A stretch of 64,000 nt of DNA from an uncultured Chloroflexia bacterium (lineage in GTDB: Bacteria; Chloroflexota; Limnocylindria; Limnocylindrales; CSP1-4): NCBI GenBank assembly GCA_963766735.1, contig CAVYBU010000003.1:96001-160000 (forward strand), written 5' to 3'. Position 1 is the first letter of the stretch; every line of letters starts with the position of its first letter. Under the pieces are notes generated by a model. That model saw only the letters and a list, made by a program, of their open reading frames with translations. It did not search any database and was not told the origin of the DNA. A program made the position numbers and the translations under genes. Positions 52,436-62,649 of this stretch are shown piece after piece.

Positions 52436-53290
52436 ATGGCGCTCGACGGCCTGCGGTCCGTCGTCAGGCGGATCGCCGAAACGCTCACCGCGACCCCTGC
52501 GATCGTGCCTCCGTGGGCCGACGCTGCATCGCCGGGTGATGCCGCGGCCTCCGCGGCCTCCGCGCCAACGTACGCCGATGGCACCGAGGTCAGGCCAGCC
52601 GGTGAAGACGCGCAATTCCCCTGCCCCACCTGCGCGCGCCCACTCGGCCGGGGCACCGGCCGTTGCGACGGGTGCGGGACCAGGCTGGTCCTGGAGGTCC
52701 CGATGGCGCGGGCATCCATCCTGGCGGGCGCCGGGCTCGTGGTGGGCCTGCTCGTCGGCGGCCTGGGGATGGCGCTGCTCCTGCCGCGGGATAGCTCTCT
52801 GCCGGCCGTGTCTGCGGCGTCCGGTGGACCGGGTTCGACCGGCGCCGCAGCGATCGGCGTGACGGTGCCGGCGTCCGCCGGGGCGGCCCTCCGCGGTACG
52901 ACGGCACTCAATGGCAGGCTTGCAGCCGAGGCCGAGCCACTGGCCCGGGCCGTGGCGGCCAAACCGTTTCACACGTCGGATGTCATCCGGGTTCTGAGGC
53001 GCATGGGCAACGACGTCCGTGCCGCGTCAAGGATGGTCGCCGCGCTGGGGGCGTGGTCGCAGGCCGCCGGGCAGCAGGCCGCACTCTCGGCGTTCTACGC
53101 TGAGCTCGGCGAGGAGATCGAAGGCGCCCTCGCCGCCTCGGTGAACAGCAAGGGCGCGTACAAGGCCGCGGCGAAGAAGGTGATCGCCACGCTGGCCGAT
53201 GTGCCAGGACTCGACCTGGACGCGCGCGTCCTTGCCGACGCCGCCGGGTTGGCGCTGCCGGTCGTCACGATCCCGGAGGCGCTGCGCTGA
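52436..53290 (+). CDS. Hypothetical membrane protein with zinc-ribbon-like motif
   Basis: CPTC-x9-CDGC, then a TM helix and a helical domain; RBS GGAG. Confidence 0.72.
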   Translation: MALDGLRSVVRRIAETLTATPAIVPPWADAASPGDAAASAASAPTYADGTEVRPAGEDAQFPCPTCARPLGRGTGRCDGCGTRLVLEVPMARASILAGAGLVVGLLVGGLGMALLLPRDSSLPAVSAASGGPGSTGAAAIGVTVPASAGAALRGTTALNGRLAAEAEPLARAVAAKPFHTSDVIRVLRRMGNDVRAASRMVAALGAWSQAAGQQAALSAFYAELGEEIEGALAASVNSKGAYKAAAKKVIATLADVPGLDLDARVLADAAGLALPVVTIPEALR

Positions 53291-53291
53291 C

Positions 53292-54467
53292 CTACGGGCC
53301 CGCGGCGTACCCGGTCAACTCCACGTAGGCCTCGCCTCCGAGGGTCCTGCCGGCCCGGGTCGCGGATGTCAGCTGGGAACCTTCCCAGTAGACGACACCG
53401 GTCGTCGCGCGGGTATCCAGCTCCTGTTGCGCGACGGACGGCTCCAGGCGGATGACCAGGTCCTCGCTCGGGAGGGTCACGGTCCAGCCGGCGGGCCACG
53501 TCGTGCCGGTGGTCGGGCTTGCCCAGTCGCCCACCACCTCCACCGCGACATCGGTGCCGCCCAGGTGCCGGGTCACGCCCACCTCGTCGACCAGGGTCCC
53601 ATACACCAGCGGGTACGACCCGTCTGCCGCCCGCACCAGCGAGATCGTGATATCCGTGCCGTCGTCGAGGTTGATCGCGAACCAGTCCCATCCGCCCGCG
53701 CCCACCGAGATGAAGTCGCCCCACTGGTGGTCGAACCAGGCACTTCCGTCCACGGCCAGCCTCCGATCCCCAACGCTGATCGTCCCCGTGGCGGTCATGG
53801 CCGTCCGGGAGTAGTAGTAGGAGCCCCCGGCGGCGCCGAAGTCGACGTAGCCGTCGCGGTCGTGGAGGGCCGGTGGCTTGGTGGCAGTCACGTCCAGCAC
53901 CACGCCGAAGCCGCCGGACGGATCGCCCTCTGCCTCGGTCGCGGTCGCGGTGGCTTCAAGGCGGTCCGCGCCGTCCGCGCCGGTCATCGCCCAGGGGGTC
54001 CGGGTGAAGGTCGCCGGATCCGACGGGTCCAGACCCCGGACGCCGAGAGAGAACCCGGGCGCACCGGGCGCCGCCATGTTGACCTGCGGCCCGATATCTG
54101 CCCGTTCGGCGTAGTGAAACCGCCCTCCGGTCTCGTCCGTGAGCGCCAGGTGCGAGGCCCAGGTCACCGGGAAGCTGCCACGTTCGGCGCGGAAGACGAC
54201 GAACTCGAAGCCCCAGCGACCGCCAGTCTCGTCGCGCAGGTGGCCCGTGTAGTACCACCATTCCGTGAGCCGGTCGTGGGGGGCGTCGTCGGCGGGGAGG
54301 GTGACCGGCTGAGGGTCTGCCGGGCGCGAGCTGGTCTCCGGCGCCGGCGTGACCTCCGGGCGGGCGACCGGCGGGTTGGCGAGGACGGGACCGCTACACG
54401 CCGCCAGGGCTGTGGCGAGGAGCACGAGCCCTGCGAGGGCTCCGTTGAGGCGCGATCGGGTGCTCAT
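53292..54467 (-). CDS. AttH/CrtC-like lipocalin-fold lipoprotein
   Basis: Lipobox LAAC, EWWYYTGHL, SYYYS, AWFDHQW, GWDWF, YWEG, YVELTGY. Confidence 0.85.
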   Translation of the reverse strand: MSTRSRLNGALAGLVLLATALAACSGPVLANPPVARPEVTPAPETSSRPADPQPVTLPADDAPHDRLTEWWYYTGHLRDETGGRWGFEFVVFRAERGSFPVTWASHLALTDETGGRFHYAERADIGPQVNMAAPGAPGFSLGVRGLDPSDPATFTRTPWAMTGADGADRLEATATATEAEGDPSGGFGVVLDVTATKPPALHDRDGYVDFGAAGGSYYYSRTAMTATGTISVGDRRLAVDGSAWFDHQWGDFISVGAGGWDWFAINLDDGTDITISLVRAADGSYPLVYGTLVDEVGVTRHLGGTDVAVEVVGDWASPTTGTTWPAGWTVTLPSEDLVIRLEPSVAQQELDTRATTGVVYWEGSQLTSATRAGRTLGGEAYVELTGYAAGP

Positions 54468-56731
54468 CGGACCGCTGCCTCCACTTCCGCCTCGGTCTGC
54501 GGCAGAATGCCCCGGAGCGCCCGGTCCAGCCGCACCGGGACCCACCAGTTCCAGCGGCCGAGGAGGCGCATCGTCGCGGGCACAAGCAGCGCCCGGACCA
54601 CGGTCGCGTCGAGCGCCACCGCGATCGCCACGCCAAGGCCCAGCGCCTTGATCAGGACGATGTCCGCGAACGCGAAGCTGCCCGCTACCACCACCACGAC
54701 CAGCGCCGCGGAGCTCACGATCCGTCCGCTCCGCTCCAGGCCGCGTGCCACCGCCTCGGTGTTGTCGCCGGTCCGGTCCCAGACCTCCTTCATTCTCGAC
54801 AACAGGAAGACCTCGTAGTCCATCGACAGCCCGAACAGGACGCAGAACAGGATCACGGGCTGGGTGGTCTCCACGAACCCCAGCGGCTGGAACCCGAGCG
54901 GGGCGGACAGGTTGCCGTCCTGGAAGATCCAGACGAGCGCGCCGAAGCTGGCCACGATCGACAGGGTGTTCATGACCAGCGCCTTGACCGGGAGGACGAC
55001 GGACCGGAGCAGGACGAACAGGACGAGGAACGTGCTGACGATGATGAACGCGGCCGTGCGCGGGAAGTCCGACCACACGCGCGAGACGACGTCGTCCACG
55101 TCCGCGGCGCCGCCGCCCACCTGCACAGAGAAGCCCGTGGGGGGCGCCAGGGGTCCGGCCGGATCACGCAGCTCGCGGACGAGCGCCCGACCCTCGTCCC
55201 GATTGGGCCCGTAGGGCGTGGTGACGGTGAACGCCGTCAGGTCGCCCTTCGTGGTGGCCGCCAGGGACTCGGCCACGAAGCGGTCCGGCGGACCGCCCTC
55301 GCCGCCGTAGAGCAGCCGGTACTGGTCCAGGGTGAGGCGCGGATCAACGTCCACGAGGCTTGACACGCGGCTCACGCGCGGATCCGCCGCCAGGCGCCGG
55401 GAGTAGTCGTAGAGCTTCGCCACGTTCTCCGGCGCGGTTGCATCGCCGCTGGTGCGCACGGCCAGGACGATGGGGGCGAAGTCGCCCTCGCCGAACTCGC
55501 GGGCGAGGATGTCGTACGTCTCGCGGGACGGCACCGACGACGGGAGGATCGTGGCATCCGGGGCGTTGAAACGCACCTGGAGGAACGGGACGCCAAGCAG
55601 GAGCAGCAGCGAGAGGGTCGGCACCAGGACGGCCACCGGATGGCGCATCACGCGCCGGGCGAGCCGTGCCCACGGGCCATCGGCGCCGGGCTCCACGGTG
55701 ACTCCCCGGACTGCGAGGGCATCGATCCGCGTCCCGACGATCGCCAGGATCGCCGGCAGCAGCGTGAGGGCCGAGGCGACCGCCAGGCCGACGACGATCG
55801 CCCCCGCGATGCCGACCGAGCGCAGGATCATGAACTCGAACAGGACGAGGCCCAGCAGGCCGAGGAGCACCGTCAGGCCGGAGAAGAACACGGCCCGGCC
55901 GGCGGTCGCGACGGTGATGCGGACCGCCTCCGCGACGCGGTCCGGTCCCTCGCGATGGGCCAGCTCCTCGCGGAACCGGCTCGTCATGAGCAGCGAGTAG
56001 TCCACGCCCAGGCCCAGCCCGAGGAGCGTGGCCAGGTTGAGCACGAAGATGCTCATTGGAACGAACGAGGCGACGACGAAGATCCCGGCCAGCGCGACGA
56101 GGACGGCCGCGCCCCCGACGGCGAGCGGAATGCCGGCAGCGATGAGGCTTCCGAAGACGAGGAGCAGGACGAGCGCGGCCAGGGGGAACGAGATGAGCTC
56201 GGAGCGCTGGAGGTCCCGCTCCGTCACGGCTTGCACGTCGCCGTAGAACGCCGGGCCGCCACCGATGCGGACCGTCAGCCCGGGCACATCCCGGATGGCG
56301 GCGGCGACCGGGGGGATCGCGTCCGGGGAATCGTCCGGGGCGAGGTCCAGGAAGACGATGTCGTAGGCGGTGTGTCCGTCGGCCGAGACCTGGCGCGGGG
56401 CGAGGACGTGCGAGAGGACACGCGTGACATGTGGGGCGCTGGCGACATCCTTCGTGGCCTGAGACACGGCAGTGAGCCAGGCAGGGGTGCCGGCCTTGAG
56501 GTTGTCCGAGGTGTAGACGAGGACGAAGGCCGATGGCTCCAGGCCCAGCTCCTCCTGGAGGACCTGCTTGGCGCGGGCGGACTCCAGGTCATCCAGGATG
56601 AAGCCGCCCGCAGACAACGCCCCGGGCGCCTGCGGCGCGAACGGGAGCGCAACGAGGATGAGGACGGCCCATGCGGCGACGATCCACCAGCGGCGGCGGA
56701 CCGTGAACCGACCGAGACGATCGAAGCTCAT
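54464..56731 (-). CDS. MMPL family (RND) transporter
   Basis: GLGLGVDYSL, TAGRAVFFSG, FGLSMDYEVFLLSR, LDATVVR..LVPA. Confidence 0.94.
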   Translation of the reverse strand: MSFDRLGRFTVRRRWWIVAAWAVLILVALPFAPQAPGALSAGGFILDDLESARAKQVLQEELGLEPSAFVLVYTSDNLKAGTPAWLTAVSQATKDVASAPHVTRVLSHVLAPRQVSADGHTAYDIVFLDLAPDDSPDAIPPVAAAIRDVPGLTVRIGGGPAFYGDVQAVTERDLQRSELISFPLAALVLLLVFGSLIAAGIPLAVGGAAVLVALAGIFVVASFVPMSIFVLNLATLLGLGLGVDYSLLMTSRFREELAHREGPDRVAEAVRITVATAGRAVFFSGLTVLLGLLGLVLFEFMILRSVGIAGAIVVGLAVASALTLLPAILAIVGTRIDALAVRGVTVEPGADGPWARLARRVMRHPVAVLVPTLSLLLLLGVPFLQVRFNAPDATILPSSVPSRETYDILAREFGEGDFAPIVLAVRTSGDATAPENVAKLYDYSRRLAADPRVSRVSSLVDVDPRLTLDQYRLLYGGEGGPPDRFVAESLAATTKGDLTAFTVTTPYGPNRDEGRALVRELRDPAGPLAPPTGFSVQVGGGAADVDDVVSRVWSDFPRTAAFIIVSTFLVLFVLLRSVVLPVKALVMNTLSIVASFGALVWIFQDGNLSAPLGFQPLGFVETTQPVILFCVLFGLSMDYEVFLLSRMKEVWDRTGDNTEAVARGLERSGRIVSSAALVVVVVAGSFAFADIVLIKALGLGVAIAVALDATVVRALLVPATMRLLGRWNWWVPVRLDRALRGILPQTEAEVEAAVR

Positions 56732-56953
56732 GCAGGAACGGGTTCGCCGGGGGGCCGGGTGCGAACAGGGGCCGGGAGCAACATGCAAGTCACAAGTAGC
56801 ATGTTATCCGGGATCGGCACAGCGACTGTTCCGGACGCTCTGCCCGGGCACACGGCATGTTTCATCCGGGTGCGTCATTCTGCTAGCATCGTCCGGCCGC
56901 GCTGGAGCGCGGGTGTCAGTCGCCCAACTCCGCCTGTCCGAGGATCTCCCAAC

Positions 56954-57289
56954 GTGACGATCTTCACGATCTGGTTCCAGGACTTCCCGAACAACTTCGT
57001 GATCCTCCTCCTCGCAACGGCGATGGCCGGAGGGTTCGTGTACACGTTCGCGCGCTCGGCGATGGTTGCCGAGGGAGGCCGCCAGACCTGGGCCCGCAAG
57101 ATCACCGGCCCCAATTCCAGGCTCCTGTTCGCGACGTTGTTCGTGGTCTGGGCCATCGTGTTCGGGATCACGTTGCAGCTCGTCCCGCACGAGGGCGCGA
57201 ACTCGCCCTACGGCGGCATCGGGCTCATCGCGATGTTCAGCGGGTTCTTCATCATGATGGGCCTGATCTGGAGCGTGATCGGCGACTAG
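56954..57289 (+). CDS. Small three-TM hypothetical membrane protein (111 aa)
   Basis: Coding-like GC3 bias, three hydrophobic helices, AGGA upstream of the GTG. Confidence 0.72.
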   Translation: MTIFTIWFQDFPNNFVILLLATAMAGGFVYTFARSAMVAEGGRQTWARKITGPNSRLLFATLFVVWAIVFGITLQLVPHEGANSPYGGIGLIAMFSGFFIMMGLIWSVIGD

Positions 57290-57460
57290 CCCCCGCCTTT
57301 CGACTGACTGCCCAGGAGCCCGGCTCTCGCCGGGCTTCTCGATTCCCGGGTCCCGTCCCACCCAATCGTGGACGCGGGCACGGCGCGACGCCCGATCGTC
57401 AGCGCGGATGGGTTGGTCGTCCTGCGCTGGCCCGCCACCGGATGCCCGGCCCCGAAATGT

Positions 57461-57491
57461 CGAACCCGGCCGGGTCGTCCGGCCGGGTTCG
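57461..57491. terminator. Hairpin terminator
   Basis: CGAACCCGGCCGG-GTCGT-CCGGCCGGGTTCG, 13-bp stem between convergent genes. Confidence 0.72.
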
Positions 57492-57527
57492 TGATGTCTC
57501 CGCGGCCGGCAAGTCCGGCCCGTCAGG

Positions 57528-58178
57528 TCAGGGGAGCTGCTCGAAGATCGCGGTCGCGACCTCCTGGTCCGCGAGCAGCACCATGTACAGCACGTCGTCC
57601 TTGGGATAGGCGAAGATGCCGAAGCCGCCCGCCGCCTCGCCGTAGACGGTCTTGCCGCCGAGCGTGATCTCGGGCATGGAGCTCGTGTCCGCGTTCATGC
57701 TGTTGGCGAACTCGTCCGCCGGGACTCCCTCGACCTGGAGGGCGAAGATCATGGCCGTCGCACCGGTCGAGGTGGGCGAGGCGATCGCGAAGTTGACGTC
57801 GTTGAACGTCTTGCCGTTGGCTTTCAGGATCGGGTCGAGCTCATCGCTGTTGAAACCCGCCGCCGCCCCGAAGATGCCCAGCTGGTCGCCGTTGTAGCCG
57901 GCACGGTCGAACGTCACGCCTCCGGCCGACTCCGGGAGCTTGGAGGCGAGGTCGTTGAGGGAGCCGGTGCTGCCACCGTCGTCGGTGGCATCTTCCGTTG
58001 CCGCGGGAGTGTCCGTCGCCGCCGGCGTGGCGGCGGGCTCGGCGGGCTCGGCGGTGGGGGCGTCCGTGGCGGCAGCGGTGCCGGCCGGCGCCGTTGTTGC
58101 AGTGGAGGTGCCGCCGCAGGCGGCGAGCACCAGGGTGAGGCCGAGGGCGCCCGCGATCAGGCGTCGGTCAATCGTCAT
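57528..58178 (-). CDS. Hypothetical lipoprotein
   Basis: Lipobox LAAC, Ala/Thr/Pro linker, acidic globular domain. Confidence 0.82.
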   Translation of the reverse strand: MTIDRRLIAGALGLTLVLAACGGTSTATTAPAGTAAATDAPTAEPAEPAATPAATDTPAATEDATDDGGSTGSLNDLASKLPESAGGVTFDRAGYNGDQLGIFGAAAGFNSDELDPILKANGKTFNDVNFAIASPTSTGATAMIFALQVEGVPADEFANSMNADTSSMPEITLGGKTVYGEAAGGFGIFAYPKDDVLYMVLLADQEVATAIFEQLP

Positions 58179-58437
58179 CGGATTGGTTCCCAGTACGCCG
58201 AGGGACACGGGCGCCGCGCGGACCCCCGGCTCCGAGGCGGCGGGCGCACTGTACGAAGCGCGGGCGGCCCGGTCAACCCCCCAGATTGCCGGAGCACCGG
58301 GGACTCACGGTGTCGGCATCCGTAGACGGTCCCGGGTGCCTCCGCTATGATCAAACCTCATACAGGATGCATAGGATTTATGCGTCCGAGCGGTGGCGGG
58401 ACGCCCGCCGGGAAACGGGCATCGGGAGGTTCGGCTG

Positions 58438-59931
58438 GTGGATTCACAGGTGCAGGCGCAGGGTTCGGGCAGCGTGACGGCAGTGGAGGCGGCTCCCTTC
58501 GTGAACCTGCGTGATCCCGCCCAGCGCCTCGGACCCGACGGGAAGCCGGCCGTCAGCCGACGTGCTCCCATCTGGGAGGACGTCCCGGACGAGAAGTGGA
58601 ACGACTGGCGCTGGCAGCTGTCCAACCGGGTCAACGACCTCGCGGACATCGAGAAGATCCTGGAGCTGACCGACGAGGAGCGCGAGGGCCTCTCCGCCCC
58701 CGACAAGTTCCGCGTGGACGTCACCCCGTACTTCATCAGCCTGATCGATCCGAAGGATCCCGAGGACCCGATCCGCCGCCAGATCATCCCGCTCGGCCGC
58801 GAGCTGCGGGCCTTCACCGGGATGATGGAGGACAGCCTGGCCGAAGACCGCCACTCGCCGGTGCCGGGACTGGTCCATCGGTACCCCGACCGCGTCCTGA
58901 TGCTCATCACCACGCAGTGCGCGGTCTACTGCCGCTACTGCACCCGGAGCCGGATCGTCGGCGACGCGACCCAGAACTTCAACCGCAAGGAGCACGAGGC
59001 CCAGCTCGACTACATCCGGCGGACCCCCCAGATCCGCGACGTGCTGATCTCGGGCGGCGACGGCCTGACGCTGGCGCCGAAGCTGCTTGAATTGGCGCTC
59101 CGCAGCCTGCGCGAGATCCCTCACGTGGAGGTCATCCGGATCGGCTCGCGCGTGCCGGTGTTCCTGCCCCAGCGGATCGACGACGAGCTGTGCGAGATGC
59201 TCGCCAAGTACCACCCGCTGTGGCTGAACATCCACGTCAACCACCCCAACGAGATCACGCCGGAGCTGGCACGCGCCTGCGACAAGCTGAGCCGCGCCGG
59301 CGTACCGCTGGGCAACCAGTCCGTGCTCCTGGCCGGCATCAACGACTGCGTTCACACCCAGCGCGAGCTCGTCCAGCGGCTCGTCGAGAACCGGGTCCGC
59401 CCCTACTACCTCTACCAGTGCGACCTGGTCGAGGGTGCCGGGCACTTCCGGACGCCGGTGGGCAAGGGCCTCGAGATCATCGAGGGCCTCCGGGGGCACA
59501 CCTCCGGCTATGCGGTTCCGCAGTACATCGTGGACGCTCCCGGTGGCGGCGGGAAGATCCCCGTCATGCCGAACTACGTCGTGTCCTACTCGGACCACAA
59601 GGTGATCGTCCGTAACTACGAGGGCTACATCACCACGTACGAGGAGCCCGCCGAGTACACGCCCCACGACTCGTCGAAGTGCCACTACTGCCAGAACCCT
59701 CGGCCGGAGCCCGGCCAGGAGGGCATCACGGGGCTGCTGGACGGCAAGAAGATGTGGATCGAGCCTGCGGGCTTCGGCCAGGTGCACGAGCGCGGCAACG
59801 TCGAGGCCCATCGCCTCAGCGACCCGTCGAAGTGGGTGCCGTACGGCGTCGGAGCGATCGAGGGGCAGTCGGCCGAGGGTGGCGCGCGCGCGTTGCCGGT
59901 CCTGGAGTCGGGGCCGGACACGGCCGAGTAG
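58438..59931 (+). CDS. kamA: Lysine 2,3-aminomutase (radical SAM, PLP)
   Basis: WNDWRWQL, GLVHRYPDR, CAVYCRYCTR, SGGD, NQSVLL, DAPGGGGK, RNYEG; RBS GGGAGG before GTG 58438. Confidence 0.92.
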   Translation: MDSQVQAQGSGSVTAVEAAPFVNLRDPAQRLGPDGKPAVSRRAPIWEDVPDEKWNDWRWQLSNRVNDLADIEKILELTDEEREGLSAPDKFRVDVTPYFISLIDPKDPEDPIRRQIIPLGRELRAFTGMMEDSLAEDRHSPVPGLVHRYPDRVLMLITTQCAVYCRYCTRSRIVGDATQNFNRKEHEAQLDYIRRTPQIRDVLISGGDGLTLAPKLLELALRSLREIPHVEVIRIGSRVPVFLPQRIDDELCEMLAKYHPLWLNIHVNHPNEITPELARACDKLSRAGVPLGNQSVLLAGINDCVHTQRELVQRLVENRVRPYYLYQCDLVEGAGHFRTPVGKGLEIIEGLRGHTSGYAVPQYIVDAPGGGGKIPVMPNYVVSYSDHKVIVRNYEGYITTYEEPAEYTPHDSSKCHYCQNPRPEPGQEGITGLLDGKKMWIEPAGFGQVHERGNVEAHRLSDPSKWVPYGVGAIEGQSAEGGARALPVLESGPDTAE

Positions 59932-60034
59932 TGGGCGGGCGGCTCCGGCCGCAGGGGCCCGCGTCTTCGATCCTGATCCCGGCTGGGATGTAACGTCCCG
60001 GGGCTTCCCGCGTCATCCGTGCGGGAGGTGCATC

Positions 60035-61171
60035 GTGGCGACCCCGCTCGTGATCAGGCGCATCGAGGCGTGGCAGGCGTCCGGCCTCATCGATCCCGCG
60101 ACGGCGGACCGGCTCCGCGAGGCTGAGGCGAACGCAGCGCCGGAGCCGGACCAGGCCGAGGCACGTGCCCCCGGCGCCGGGCGGGCGCTCGGTGTCACGG
60201 CAGTCGAGCTGTTCGTCTACCTCGGCGCCGCGTTCGTGCTGGGTGCCTGGTATGCGCTGGTCGCCTCGACGAACCCGACGTGGGACGATTCCTCATCCCG
60301 GTTCGCAGCGGCGGGCCTCATCGCCGCCATCGCACTCGGTCTCGTGGGCATGGCGATGGCCCGTCGGGATGCCCGATTCCGCCGGGCCGCGGGGATCGCG
60401 TTCCTGGCGGCGCTGCCGAACCTCGGGGTCGGGGTCTACCTGCTCGCCGACACACTGCATAACGAGAACTACCTCGATGCACCGACCAATGCGCTGGTCG
60501 CAGCGATCGTGGTGCTGGTCGCCGCGCTTGGGGCCCGCCATGCGGTGCCGGCGCTGACGACCCAGTTGGGGCTGGCCTTCGCGGCCGCGTCGGTCGGGGG
60601 GTTCGCGATGGGCTGGCTCGACGCGGTCCTCTTCCCGCGCGGCGGGGTGGAGTGGGAGCCTCGCCCGCTCGACGCGACGGCCTCGCTCGTCCGGGTGGTG
60701 CTGTCGATGGCATGGTGGTGGGCCGTGGCGGCTGTCATGGCCGTCCTGCTCATCGTCCTGGACCCCCAGCCGAGGACCGAGGGCCGGACACGCCTCGGGC
60801 GGATCGCTGTCGGGCTGACCGCCGTGCTCGGCACGACGTCGGCGGTGATGATCCGGCACGAGTGGAACGAGGGGTCCAGCCTCTCCGACCAGCCCGTCCT
60901 GGAGCCGTTGATCGGCGCGGCGATCATCGTTGCCGTGAGCGGGGTGCTGCTGGGACTCGCGGTGAAGCGCCAGTCGGTCGGCTACCTGTGGCCCGGCGGG
61001 CTGGGCCTGTTCATCGCGCTGAGCTGGCTCAACGCCGAGTACCTGGCCGTCGAGTCCGGGCTGTGGATCGCGCTGCTGGTCGAGGCGGCGGTCCTGTTCG
61101 GGGTCGCGTTCGGGGTCAACCGGATGGGCAGGCGGCTCCAGCCGGTGGAGATGGAGACCCCGGTCGGGTAG
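60035..61171 (+). CDS. Multi-pass membrane protein (DUF2157-like N-terminus)
   Basis: W...GLI....ADRL N-terminal motif, about ten TM helices; RBS GGGAGG. Confidence 0.75.
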   Translation: MATPLVIRRIEAWQASGLIDPATADRLREAEANAAPEPDQAEARAPGAGRALGVTAVELFVYLGAAFVLGAWYALVASTNPTWDDSSSRFAAAGLIAAIALGLVGMAMARRDARFRRAAGIAFLAALPNLGVGVYLLADTLHNENYLDAPTNALVAAIVVLVAALGARHAVPALTTQLGLAFAAASVGGFAMGWLDAVLFPRGGVEWEPRPLDATASLVRVVLSMAWWWAVAAVMAVLLIVLDPQPRTEGRTRLGRIAVGLTAVLGTTSAVMIRHEWNEGSSLSDQPVLEPLIGAAIIVAVSGVLLGLAVKRQSVGYLWPGGLGLFIALSWLNAEYLAVESGLWIALLVEAAVLFGVAFGVNRMGRRLQPVEMETPVG

Positions 61172-61182
61172 GCTCTGGGGGG

Positions 61183-61470
61183 ATGACGAAGCCGAAGAAG
61201 ACGAAGAAGAAGCCGCTGGGCCAGACGATCGGCGGCGTGCTGTTCGGGTTCGAGCAGCAGGTGCTTCGGACGATGCCGCCAACGCAGGAGCTGGTCCACC
61301 GGGCGCGACCTGATCATCCCCTGCCCGCGGGTGACGGCGGCATCGTGACGATCGCGATGCCGGCCGATGACGAGCCCCCGCTGCCATCCGCCACCGACCT
61401 CGACCCGGGGACCGCATCCGACCCGGAGCCGCCCAATCCCGCCCGCGAACCCGGAGCCGACGAACAGTGA
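61183..61470 (+). CDS. Hypothetical protein (95 aa)
   Basis: MTKPKKTKKKPLGQTIGG..FEQQV; GTGA overlap with the next gene. Confidence 0.6.
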   Translation: MTKPKKTKKKPLGQTIGGVLFGFEQQVLRTMPPTQELVHRARPDHPLPAGDGGIVTIAMPADDEPPLPSATDLDPGTASDPEPPNPAREPGADEQ

Positions 61471-61910
61471 CCGCCGAACCCGGCGCCGTGGGCCGGCGGT
61501 CCGCCCCGGCCGGCCTTCCCGTCGCCCTCCCGCAGCCCCCGGTCCTCGCCGAGTCCGGCGACCCGTTCAGCGCGCTCCGCGTCATCGATCTCGTCGCCCG
61601 AATGGACCGGGGCCGCCCGATCCGCCTGGACGCCATGGTCGACCGTCTCAATGCCACATACCTGGACTGGCTGTTCACGCGCACCGTTGTGGCGGACGTG
61701 CTGGTGGCGCTCCAGGCGAACTGGATGGCCGATTACCGCAACGCATCGGGCATCGTCCTGGAGGATGGCCCGGCGGGACCGGTGGTCACGCTGGAGGACT
61801 CCAGTCGGGTGGACCCATGGATCACGGGCCAGGCGCAGCGCGAAGCGGCAGCGTGCGCTGAGGCGCTGGCCGAGTTCGCGCGCCGGGACCGCCCCGTGAC
61901 CGGCGGCTGA
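61467..61910 (+). CDS. Hypothetical protein (147 aa)
   Basis: Globular-looking composition and coding-like codon usage. Confidence 0.72.
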   Translation: MTAEPGAVGRRSAPAGLPVALPQPPVLAESGDPFSALRVIDLVARMDRGRPIRLDAMVDRLNATYLDWLFTRTVVADVLVALQANWMADYRNASGIVLEDGPAGPVVTLEDSSRVDPWITGQAQREAAACAEALAEFARRDRPVTGG

Positions 61911-61941
61911 GCCCGGTACCCCGGCAACGTCCCGCATCGCC

Positions 61942-62649
61942 ATGCCCAGGACTCGCCCCGCCACACCGCCCGAAACCTCGCTCTATGCGCCGGTCAAGGC
62001 GCTGCTCGAAGACCAGGGCTACCTGGTCAAGGGCGAGATCAATGGTTGCGACGTGGTGGGCGTGCGCGGCGACGAGCCACCGGTGGTCGTGGAGCTGAAG
62101 CGGACGTTCGGCCTGGGGCTGGTGATGCAGGGGATCGACAGGCTGGCGATGACCGACGCCGTGTACGTTGCGGTTGGAGCCTGGCCGACTCGCCAGCCAG
62201 AGACGACACGGCTCTGCCGGCGGTTGGGCCTCGGGCTCATCGTGGTGACCCACGGCCGGGCGGAGGTCGTGCAGGACCCCGTGCCGTACCGGCCGCGCAG
62301 GGACCGACGGCGGGCGGGCGCCCTGCTGCGCGAGCACCAGCGACGGATCGGGGATCCGACGGAGGGTGGCGCGACCCGCCGACCGATCATGACGGCGTAC
62401 CGCCAGGAGGCCATGCGGTGCGCCACGTTGCTCTCCGCCGGCCCGATGCAGCTGCGGGCGATGCGGTCGGCGGCGGACGTGCCGAACGCGGGCCGCATCG
62501 TGCGGGACAATGTCTACGGGTGGTTCGAACGGGTGGAACGGGGCGTGTACATGCTGACACCCCGGGGCTTTGCCGCGCTCGAACCGCGCGCCGGGGCCGC
62601 CACGGGAGCCGCCATCGGCACGGCCGCGGTGGCGAAGGGGTCCGGCTAG
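61942..62649 (+). CDS. DUF2161 family putative PD-(D/E)XK-fold protein
   Basis: E..LY.PVK..L..QGY.VKGE..CDVV, ELK, MTAYRQEA, NVYGWFERV.RG.Y.LT. Confidence 0.82.
   Translation: MPRTRPATPPETSLYAPVKALLEDQGYLVKGEINGCDVVGVRGDEPPVVVELKRTFGLGLVMQGIDRLAMTDAVYVAVGAWPTRQPETTRLCRRLGLGLIVVTHGRAEVVQDPVPYRPRRDRRRAGALLREHQRRIGDPTEGGATRRPIMTAYRQEAMRCATLLSAGPMQLRAMRSAADVPNAGRIVRDNVYGWFERVERGVYMLTPRGFAALEPRAGAATGAAIGTAAVAKGSG

Noticed and set aside
61942-62649. PD-(D/E)XK-like gene as part of an anti-phage system
   Set aside because: No methylase, ATPase or other defence partner is adjacent, and codon usage matches the core genes.
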